Source of the DNA: Tubiluchus corallicola
Taxonomy: Eukaryota; Animalia; Priapulida
Assembly: GCA_030141605.1 (NCBI GenBank)
Contig: JAQGDQ010000008.1
Location: 868,001 to 932,000 of the forward strand
Direction: 5' to 3'
DNA: 64,000 nt
The notes under the pieces are model-generated. The model was given only the letters and a program-made list of their open reading frames with translations. It was not told the DNA's origin and did no database searches. Below are positions 1-11,800 of this stretch, one piece after another (position 1 is the first letter of the stretch; each line of letters begins with the position of its first letter). Both the position numbers and the translations under genes were made by a program.

Positions 1-2800
1 AACATGCATGTTATGCCTTTTACATTCTGGCTCAACCTTGTTGAAAATTTAAACGTCTAAAGTTGAATATTAAATTCAAAACGTGCAATGACACTGATTC
101 AGAATGCTCCTTTGAAAGCGATGGATCTTTTTGAGCTTCCTCCATGGGCACACACTTTAGGAAAAAGTTTTTATAAGAGTGCAGAACCGTGTTCACATAA
201 ATCTCATGTCTGTCTGCAGAATGTCTAATGTCATCTTCAAGTTGCTTTGCAAGTTTTTGAAAATTTCATGATGAGTGCTTTGTCATGTTTACCTTGCTAT
301 TGCCTAAACAAAGTTACACTGCTAGAATTTCAATATATGTTTACATTAGTGGCTGTAGTCAGTCTGTTGAATTAATATCTTTCCGTCTTTCATATTCTGT
401 ATTATGTATACCATTTTCTGTATTATGTTATTATATTATAATTATAATATGCTAGTTATTACAAGCTACTTAGGCAGCCTGTCTTGTAGTATTTAATGTT
501 TAATAAACCTACCAGATCTGCTCAACACGTATGCTAAATTAGACGTCCTCTTTCATGTGCTAAACCACTTGCAATTGATGTCTAACATCTCAAAGAAACT
601 CAGCTGAAATATTTCAAAGAGTGTACGGCTTTCATGTGTTAAAACACGACAATTTGCTGTCCGGAACATTCAAAGAGAACGATTTGCTGGTGAATTACGG
701 CCATGTCTGCAGATGCGAGAAAATTTTTATCTGCTCAACATTTAATTGACGGCTTGACGAAGTTGTTGCTTTGCTGGATTAACAAGATTTAGAAGCTGAA
801 GGAATTGTGGGTAACTCTGAGTCAGTTTACAGAACATTTGCAGTTATGTTGAAACAGTAATGGTGTAAAATGCAAAATGACATTGCTGCCTGTATTCTAA
901 ATGCTTCTAGGTATCTACATACTTTCTAATATCAGTACACTATGTTTCTGTGAGGACCTTTCAGGTGTAATTGCTTTGCTCTCATATTGGAAGATTTTTT
1001 CTAATTGCTCAACGATTACCTATGTTAAGTTGATTAATGCATCCTTGTGGTAGAAGGGCATTACACCCATCGGTATTAGTTTTCTCTTGATGGTTTAAGC
1101 ATCTAGTTCTGAGTGTAGTATATAGTTGCTCAGTACATCCATATATAGCGAATAGTAATGTATACATCTGCTTGAGAGGAAATTTACTCATATGTTTTGC
1201 ATCCATCTGTGCAGATACATTCTTGGCTTGTATCATTGGCTGCATGTGGTATTCCCTACACTGCGGACAAAATTACTAAAAAAAGTTTGTTATAATGAAG
1301 CTGAAGATAATACTAGGTTGCACTCTGCCAACGAGCTGGAAGGCCATAATAGTCACTTAGAGGTTTTGGGAAAAACGGATTAAACTTTTGGTTTGCTTAT
1401 GACATCGCCATACTGCATTTGATCTAATATGGTACTGTCAGAAGCTTTTGTGATGTATATGTATGTCATAACATGGTGGGATTAGTCTAAATAATAAGTG
1501 AAATATGTAAATATATGCTTTGTGAGATTTTTTATTGTGACACACCGAAACATTAAAAAATACGATTTAAAAAAGCTGAACCTACATAATAAGACTGTCA
1601 TATTTAATAAAAAGTGGAAACAATAATAGTTTTTTAATACATTTTGGCACAATGTTAGCCAAAATCCAGTGCTCAATACCAGAGCCTGCTTACTTGTGTT
1701 CATATGTATGATAAAACCTAGAAGCTCATTGTCAACGATAATTCATAACTAACCAGATCCACTGTTGCTTAACTTCATTTTCCATGTATGAGAATTATTG
1801 CATTTTCAACATCATATTTCTCAATTCTTGGCACAAGTGCCAGCATGCAAAATTTTCTGTGGAGATAATGAAGTCAAATTTCATAAAGTGAAAAGTTAGT
1901 AGTTTATGTTCTAATGGAATCAATTATCCTAATGTCAACAATAGTAGTCAAAGAAACAAAAGTTTTCTACATTTCTCAAAGTGTTCTAGTGTCTTTGTTT
2001 TTTCTACACTTTGAAGTAGTTCTAAATTGCTGTTCTTTTTTATATGTAATGTTCTTCGTATTTGGAATGCTGAGTTTGTTTAAATTTGGAACGCAAAGGT
2101 TAGCTCTTTTGGTAAATTAACAGTTTTCTACATTTAAGATGAGATTTGTGATTTGCACCATTAAAAACAATTTGTGGTGTTAATACAATGTAAGAATATG
2201 TGCTCATATGTCTATATTTCTATCTCAAGTTTTTTCTTCTCCTTAAAACAGCATTTGCAAGTGCCTAAGTGTTTAGGTTGAAGTAAGTTTATTATGCAAA
2301 CATTTACGGAGGTTTTTACAACATTTTTGCTTGCTTACTACATACTAACTTGTGAGATCCTTGATCAAAAATTAGTTTACCGCAAAAGCGTGTTCAAACA
2401 GTTTTTGCAATCATCTTGACTTTGCCACTAATAACTTCGGAATTTCATTACCAAAGATTGATTTTATGTAGCTTTTGACAATTGCATTTTCTTTTGTACA
2501 TGATATACTTCATGCGACATTTAATGGAAAATCTGTTGCAAATTTTCCTTCGAAAATTTTGATATTATTATTATCATCAGCATTAACAGGCGGTAGTTTC
2601 GCAGACTTTAATTAATTTTGTCTTAATCACAACATTTTTCTCTTTTATGGCTCGGCTAAACCTCTCAGTCATATTCTTTTCATATCGTATTCTTTTCCAA
2701 TTTTCTTTGATTACGGACGACATTTTCACATAATGGACAAGACATGTCGCAAGCATAAATGTCACAGCAGGAACTTGATATTATCTATTTTCACTTTCAG

Positions 2801-5800
2801 GTTAGCTGTTCTGAATTCGGTAGTTTGCAAGAAAAGCAGTTGGGTTTGCTCAAGAGACATGTAAGTACTTGAGTTATTTTACACTTTTTCCATCATAACG
2901 TGGTTGAGACAAAGGAAATAGGAGAGCTTAATGGGGTACTTCATCATTCGTTGCTGTAGGACATCGTTTACAAGCCATTTCCCAAATATGTTAGAATTTT
3001 CAGAAGCAATGCAAGAGCAACAGTGCAAGATTAGGAAACTGCCCATTAATAGGATCTCAAAATAAACTGTGCTCAAAAACAATGCTATTTTAAATGCATT
3101 GTTTTTGATGCTATTTTATAAATACGTGAATTTCATAAATTGGCTAAAGTTCACAATTGTTCATGCAAGAAATTAGGCTTAGGCTTAGGCTTAGGATTAG
3201 GATTAGGGTTTGGGGTAGGGTTAGGGTTAAGGTTAGGGTTAGAGTTATGGTATTTAAATTGTGTGGAGAATTATAAACTCCTTCCCATAAATTTTATTGC
3301 AAGTGTTAATTAGAAATAAAAATAGATGGCTTAATAACGGATTATGAAATTTGAAATTGATTTAATTGAAATTTCGGGCAATATTATCGTGGGACTAAAC
3401 ATCACACTTATAAAATGACATATCTTTAAAAACAAAGCTAATTGTTTTTTTCAGTTTTGAAAGATTTGCCATCTTGTAGTTGTGATTGTTCGGTTACTTG
3501 AAACGTTTGATAATATGTGTATTGTTAATTAAATCAGTTTTAAATTCTACATTCACCTGTTAAGCCATCTATTTTTATTGTTATAAAAGTGCAAAAGCAC
3601 AACTTTGAATAAATACAACCACTAAATAATTACTTGTATTACATGTATTACTAACTACTGCATATTATCTTACTGCACTAAAAACATCAACGATTTCCAA
3701 AATTTTCAAGAATGAAAATGAACTTCCAGTAGATGCAATTCTGTTATTAAAGGAAAATTTTTCGTAAGAGTCGATGTTTTTAATTTTATGTTACATGTTT
3801 TCATTTCAAACAACATTAACATCAGTGATTCCAGAAGATGCCTGCCAGTTTTCATTCAACAATTTGGATGATTATTTATAAAGACCGTTCAACGATGCGA
3901 ATAAACTTGCTTTGTTATCATACAGATATATTTTGCTTGGATCAGTATGCAGTCATGTTTATCGAACGCGAAGATTTCTCATTTCTGCCATCTTCATGAG
4001 AGCAGGCTTGGCTACGTTATTAAATTTTGAATCACCGAGTCGCTCACTATAATCTAAAAATCTGGTCAATCATTGCCGATTGCTTGTAATGATTATTACT
4101 TCTAGGTTATTGCCACTTGTATGGCGATTCTGGTTTGTCTTGCGTAGTCGTCCAGGGAGGCATTAAATATGAATTAGTGGTAATTAGATGCTCAGTCCAT
4201 TATTTCCAGTTAATTAGAGCTTATGGTGAAGCTCGAATAATCTACATAAACAGTGTTAATTTTTGCCATGATCATGGGCAGTTTCATTGTAAACTTTTCT
4301 GTATACTTGTTAATTTCTTAATTGATGCATTTTTAGTTTGTTTGATTGTTATTTGTAAATACATTTTGTATGAGAATACTCATTTTTGTTGTGGTTTTAC
4401 TAGATCGCAGCCTCTTGGCGGCGGCTCATAAATGGGAGACGGTCCTCCTATGCAGGTATGGCAGGTATTGAGGACCAGGAACATGCAGCGGATATTCTTG
4501 CTTTGTGTGGTATGTACTCAGACTTTCCTAAAAGCGTGTAATAATATTAAATTTACTAACCAATAATATAGCCACCTTTAGAGATTAAACAAAGCATCAA
4601 GCTATACTCATAATCCAATTTTCAGTATATTATAGGCATATTGGGTACCAGATATGCAAATATGGGGTACCAAGTTTACCTAGTCCTTGTGTAAGTTATG
4701 ATCGGAAGTGCTTGCAGTGAAATGATCATTGCTGCTAATTCTGTGGCTACCATTTGAGTGCAGTTTCCTGGACCAGTTTACCATTATTACGATCCTTGTG
4801 AGTTAGTAGATGTCTTTCACTCAAAGAACCGAGTAGTCTTGCATTTAATGGAAATTCCTAAACTTGTCATGTATAAATGTTCACTAACATTACTGTCCGA
4901 TAATTCTTTTCTTCACTAAACAAAGCATGAAGCTTATAGTCATTTTACAATGTTAAATGTTATCTTACATTTCTGACAAAAACTTGAGGATCTACAGCTA
5001 TGTATTTTTAGTATTTTATTGTTATCGTCTTTTTCTGTAATTTAGTTTCTATTATATTTTTATCTAGCGGAATTGTATGACCAAGATGCAAGAAAGCTCC
5101 AACTTAAGTTGGTCAACTATGTAAGTTTTTCATTTACTTATAATGTGAATGTTTTTTATACAAACCGTCTCTAGCTTGATGCGTGATCAGTGGTACCAAA
5201 TGATATGATACTAGATAGAAAGGTGGAAATAGAGACTCAGATCCAGAGAAATAGAATTCTTGCAACTAATTTGCTAGCGATGGAATGTATCTATTAACAA
5301 CTTTTCTGATGAGGCTGTTGGTAACAGGGAAACAGTTTTCTGGTAGAAAATTCACAGATACATGTAAAAGGCCTTAGGGAAAAACTGGATTTATGCCAGC
5401 TGTTTTGCATCTAGGAATGTCCAGAATAAAACCTTGAGACCGATTGTTCCCAGTAAACTGTCTAATAAAAATATTATGTATAAAAATGAACATTGAGGTC
5501 TAAAAATGAAAATCAAACAATAATGATATTCTAAATAATAAATTTACAGATCATGTAGTACACAACGCCAAATGACAAATGACCAATGCCAAAAAAAATA
5601 AAAAGAAGCGATGTTACTCCAATACAATTTGTTCTCTGACTAATGCCTGTGCGTGGTAATGAGACAAACTTTTGCACCAATGCATGAACAATACTGTAAA
5701 CAAGAACTGACAAGACAAGCTCAAAACAATTCTAGGGACAAAAAAGAAAGTTAATGATTAAGCTCTGGTTGAAGTTTTTTATCAAAAGAGTTTCAAACAT

Positions 5801-8800
5801 GTGCAAATCAAAGTTACTGCTAGTAGATTCTAAAATTTTGAAGTATTAAGATGAGTCTGAACAGTGCTCATGGATTAATGAGTGTGGTGCTGATTTCAGC
5901 TGCCTACCAGTAGCCTTTGACCTACCCCTTTGCTCATATATACTAACTGTATATATGTGACTTGTTTGCGTTAAATTGTGCAATTCTAGCAGTTGATGCT
6001 CTAGAAAATTTATCATTTTGTAAGTTTCTGGGCTCCTGAGTCCAGATTGTGTGGTAACTCACAGAATAGTGGATCCCTACCGAGGTGTAAACAAATTGAT
6101 ATCTAATGGAATTCCCTTATCGTGCATATTTTATACTTTTCAGCTACAAAAGCACACCTCAGCTCAATGCGGCTTCCTGATGCTTGTAGCTGAAGACACC
6201 GGAACTCTTTTCTGTCAAGTTATCGGTGATAAAGTCATTGAAGAAGACATAAAATACCCTGTAAGTTTACCCTTGTTATCAGCATCAGCAGGTTTTGCTT
6301 ACCGTGCAATGACATCGATTACATTTTGCACAGTTGGGCATATATTTTATAAGATTAAATATTCCTGTGTTTTTATGTTTGGTTTTTATTGTTTCTGTGT
6401 GATGTTAGTGATTTATATTTAACAGTATTATTAAGTTGAAGGATCATTAAAAACTTTGAGCAGGATAACATATTCTTTAGTGGGGATCAGAAATCACATT
6501 GAAAATATTTTATTCTATATGGGATCATCCAGAAAAATCCCAGACCAACTCGTAGCCTTGTGCCATGCGTGCCAAACTGCATAAAAAATAAGAATAACAA
6601 ATTAAACTTTGTGCAAATTGCTTTTGCAGCCTTGCTAGTGTATAAATTGATTTTCTTCTTATAAAATATTTTATGATTGCAAGAATTTTGTAAGCAATGT
6701 AATAATTTCGTAATGCATGCAGTATAAAATGGACAGCTAATTTAGTAGTAACATTTCCTGGCATTATTTATCGTATGCTTGCTAGTAGCCGACATTTACA
6801 TGGTGTGAGCAAATATTGATTTGAAACTAGTCTGTGTGGAACGAGGAGACACACTGATTTTAAAAATGTGATTTTGCAAAGTATAACTTGTGTTAATGAA
6901 TATATTTCACACAATCTACATGTTTCTTGTACATGTTTTGGAAACTTTGCAAAAGATGATTGCTGATAATACACGCACTTGAGCAGCATGTGGATGAAAT
7001 TTGTTGGTGTGGTTGCACCATTGCAGCAGTGCATTGTGTGGGAAAGCAAAGCATGTTTCACAGCTTAACCATATTCAATTGTATATCTGTTAAATATAGA
7101 TTGGACAATGACCGGCTAACTGTATATATTTATTTACATCTACACAATGCTTTATCCTTTCTGTCTATTCCTTTGTTCATGTGAAATATCTTTTATATGA
7201 TCTAGATAATTTACTTTGAGTTAGAGATTTCTCAGTAGTTGCTTTGTGTTACGATAGCATCATAAAGCAACATTTGTATTGATCGGGCTTGTGTTTCTTT
7301 ATGTTGTAATTGTAGTGGAACGAATCTGTTTGCAGTGATTTTCATGTCTAGGGAAAGCGGTCTGTATCATCAACTTTCGTACTTTGATTCACGACGACAG
7401 TAGTCAATATGTGGGGTAGTGCATTTAGTCGCATCTGTGTGTGTGTTGTTGCTGTCAAATCAAAACAAATGTATCTATAATCACAAAACTTGGCATATGG
7501 ATAATTCTGGACAACGTCTGGAAATCCATTGCAGTTTACTTCAGAAAGTCAAAATTTAGGTCACAAGGGCAAAAAAATGTCAAATTAATACTAAATTTTT
7601 GCCTGCTGGGTGTTGTTTGTGGTTGTGGCTCTACACTTCTATTGAGTATGTTCTAGTATTTTTTGTATTTTTAGTGTTTTACGTCTAGCGTAAAACAGAA
7701 AGTATGTTAATGATGATTTCAAGTATTTTTATGAGAACATATTTGCAGTCGTACTCCAGTACTTTAACACTTGACTGTTATGACGGTGTTGCTTCAGTGC
7801 TAAAACAAACTGAGCTGCATGGCATGCTATTTAGAGGCCATTGCATGCGACACGGTTACGTGCGAAGCCCGCAGCTGCTTCTAGTACACTCTGCTCCTTA
7901 TTGTATTTCTGGAAGTGTATCAGTTATTGTACTGTGCTATTTTTCAGAGTCACTGTAACAGTTTCTCCTCTGTCCTTGACGACAAGAAGCCAATTTCTCT
8001 AGATGATATTTCTCAGGTAGTTTAATTTTTGTTAATTGTTTCCAAGTTTGGGTTTAAGTGCTGCAAATGTTTTTTGTGCTTATTCTTGAGATACTGGGAG
8101 TAGAATGTTGGGTGTCAGTCTTCTTGAAATATATCAAATGCACTGCTTATCAAACTTATCGAAAGAGAATGTATCGAAGATTGTAAAACCGATAAATTAG
8201 AGAACAGCTCATTGCATTATTGTAATTTACAAACTTTATAAATGAGTTAAATTTGTTTCGAAAATGCAAAAGTAAGTACGGTTAAACTAGAGGTTTTTTA
8301 AAATGAACAACAACGGTCGTATCATCCACTACTCTTAAGTTTTTTATTCATTTGCAAACATTTGAGAATTCATTTGAAATGACAAGCATTATTGTGAGTA
8401 ATAACTTGCTGCTTTTATTTGGTTTTGCAGCATTTAATTAATAGTATTGATTATCAAGAAGCAAACTGGAGATTTGCAATTTGAAAGTCCTTGTTCAGAG
8501 TTAGGCAAACTTTTTCCCCAGATGTCAATATGGAACACGCTGAGTTCTCAAATTCAAATAAATTTATTGGTATCTTTTTAAAGTTACAGTACAATTTAAA
8601 GTTATCATTACAAGTTTAAAGTTATCATTACAATTATGTGCTAGCAATTCTGGAATAATTTTGTAATGCTAGCAGGTCTGTTTCGGCAAAAAACAACTAA
8701 ATTTACTCAATAAAAATGTTATGTTCACTATAGTATAGCACTTGTTGTTAAGCTAAGACAATTTGAAATATACTTTAACATATTTTAATGACTTTGAAAC

Positions 8801-11800
8801 GTCATCCTGTGATGTTGTCATTTATTTCGTTCTAATCTTGTCACGTACTTTATTTTGTGCGAAAATTTTTAAATGTCTAGAACATAGTAGGTATAGCGTT
8901 CTAGAAAACATCCATCAGATGAACAAATGCAGATTTGGATTTAATTTGCTAAACTTGCTCATTTGCAGGAGTCTAGAAATGATATCAGCAGTTTGCTCGG
9001 ATTTGATGTTCACTCGATGCTGTGTGTGCCTGTCATTGAACCGGCCGAAGGGAGGGTCATCGCACTTGCTTGCGTTGTCAACAAAATAGGAGCTTCCCGG
9101 TAATTGTTGTTGATGCTGAGGAGCCTGTTCACGTGTTTGATGTGAATAAATTGGCACAATTGTTTAGTTTCTTTGTCAACGTAATTATTTCTAATGCTTA
9201 ATGGCAGAAAGCATTTGAAATAACACTGAACAGCAGTAGTAACTAAGGGCAGCTAGTTCTACTCTTTATCAGCTAATCTTGATAAGCATTGTTTTGATCG
9301 TTGCATTTTGTTTTCCTAACGTGTGGAAGGCACCAACATTTTTGCCTACACTGAAATGTGATGAATTGGTTGGGTAAATCAACATTTGTCACATATGTGA
9401 ACATTTTTCTCTGAAATACATAAAATGTTGAGTTATTGTTCTTAACATAAAAAAAAGTTTTATGATTTCGAATACATGCTTATAAGCCCATAAAAGATAA
9501 TCTCAGTTTGGACTGTGATTGGATTACAAACTAGTTACGATTTTAATGCAGTTAAACGTAATTAATATCGGCATTTATTTCATAAAATAAAACTTTGCTG
9601 AACAAGCTTTCAGCCGTTTAAAATAAATTTTTATAGGCTATCATGATAGTTTTGAATAAATCCAAACTGAACTATTAATAACTTGCACTGAATTGACATG
9701 AATAAAACATGAGTCATTCTCTCATGAACCTCTGTGGTGTAAGAATGTATCAACTAAAATTCAAGTCATCTTAGTGGACATTCTTTACAGGTTTACCGAA
9801 GACAATATAAAAGTTGTGCAAACTTGTTTCAAATATACAACTCCAGTATTGACCAGCACATTAGCCTTCCAGAAGGAACGGATGCTCAAAAATCAGACAC
9901 AGGTAGCTTAAATTAAATTAATTAACCCGGTCAGTGTCTCATTCTGTACAACATAAAAGCTTGTTTTCTCATATCTGTTATAATTTATTTACGCTTAACA
10001 TCTGAGAATTTTTTCTATTGTTTCAATGATGTCAATGAGTGTAACATAACACAGTATTGCAAAGAAAAATTGTGTTAATTTGATGAACGGGTTTGTGACA
10101 AATTTTTTCCTTTGCAATTTCAGACTTTGTTACACGTTGCGAAGAATTTATTCACGCATTTAGGTGAGTACAGCCTTAGTGCACCATGTGAAGAAAGCCT
10201 TTCCTTTCCCGTGTTTCATAGCGGACACATTGGGTTGCGCCTTCAGCATTCGCTTCACCATGACTCATCTAGCGGACTGGATTCGCTTACTCGGCGTCTG
10301 AGTATCATTCGCAAAAACACTCCTTTGATACACTCCACAACCGAAGATTTGAGCACAATTGAAGAGAGTGCTGAGAGTGCAAGGTCAAGCGTTGAATTCG
10401 ACGGAAAGTCATTCATCTGTGACTGTGAGGTTGAGCAAGAGATTAAAGATGTGCGACCAAAGAGCAAAAGCTTAGAAGAACGCAAACTGCCTCTGGTTGA
10501 GCAAGAGATTAAAGATGTGCGACCAAAGAGCAAAAGCTTAGAAGAACGCAAACTGCCTCTGGTTTCTGGTCCAGAATCATTACATCTCTTTTCAAAACCT
10601 CACGAACCAACAATGAAAGATTCAAAAGAAAAACAACCAGTGCTTCCCATTCAAACACTTTCAGAGCCAGAAACAAATGATTCAGAGATAAAACAGCCGT
10701 TGCTTAATTTTCCAAAACCATCTGAGCTAGAAATGAAAGAATCGGAAAAAAAAGAACCATTGCTTTCTCTTCCAGAAACTTCTGACCTGGAAACAAAAGA
10801 CTTGGGAAAAAAAGAACCACTGTTTTCCTTTACAAAACCTTCCAAGCCAGAAATGAAAGATTCAGAGACAAAAGAACAATTGCTTTTCTTTCCAGAACCA
10901 TCCAAGTCGGAAGTGAAAGAGTCAGAGACAAAAGAACCATTGTTTCCTATTTCAAAACCTTCCGAGTCAGAAACAGAGAACTCAGAATCAAAAAATCCCT
11001 TGTTTCCGGTTCAAGAAGCTTCTGAGCCGGAAATAAAAGACTCGGAGACAAGAATGAAGAATTTCTTTGACCTAGATGATGATCAGTCTAGTGGCGAAGA
11101 TGATTGGTGTTTAAGTGAACCGTCCATGGAAATGATTCCTGTGTTACCTCCAGTTAAGAAAACGGGTGGAGAAACAAAAAGGACTGCTACTGCCCGCTCA
11201 CCTGTAATTAGCAGCTACAGTTATACTCCTCGAATTGAAAATTTTGCTCCACCTCCTGCAAGGCCACCCGTCGAGTTCGACATAGAAGATACCATTGTGC
11301 CTGAAGTGCTGAACAAGCCCGTGCGGAAGAGGTTCAGGATATTGCCACATATTGATACTAATCCAGATCTTCCTCCGAAACTTCTCCATGAAGATGATGC
11401 TGATGCTGACCTGGCCATTCAGCAACGTGTTTTCATCAACTCGCAAATTACAAAACAAAACAAGGTAGCTACTAGAGTTACTGGAAGTCCAGAGGCAGGA
11501 ACGAGTAAACCACATGCAATCATTGGTCGAATTGAACCATATCACCCACTGCCCAGTCCAAAACGGAAAGCTCGTGCAGAAACCGTGGCCAAAAGTCCAT
11601 CAGATAATAATGCACCTAGTAAACCAAAAAGTGCTAAACATTTGATCGAGAAAGACAGTGCTGGGAGTTACGGAGTGGACAATGCTAGCGTCAACCGAAT
11701 TTTTGATCATGTCAGGTGGAAAGGAGAGATGTCCACTCTGACTGGAAGAATAAGTGCTGCCGAAAGAATAAAAGATGATCTTGAAAAATCACTCAAAGCT

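Noticed and set aside
1-2800. Further upstream PDE2 exons or start codon; short ORFs
   Set aside because: No segment had both convincing splice sites and recognisable PDE2 similarity. The ORFs look like random AT-rich intron frames.
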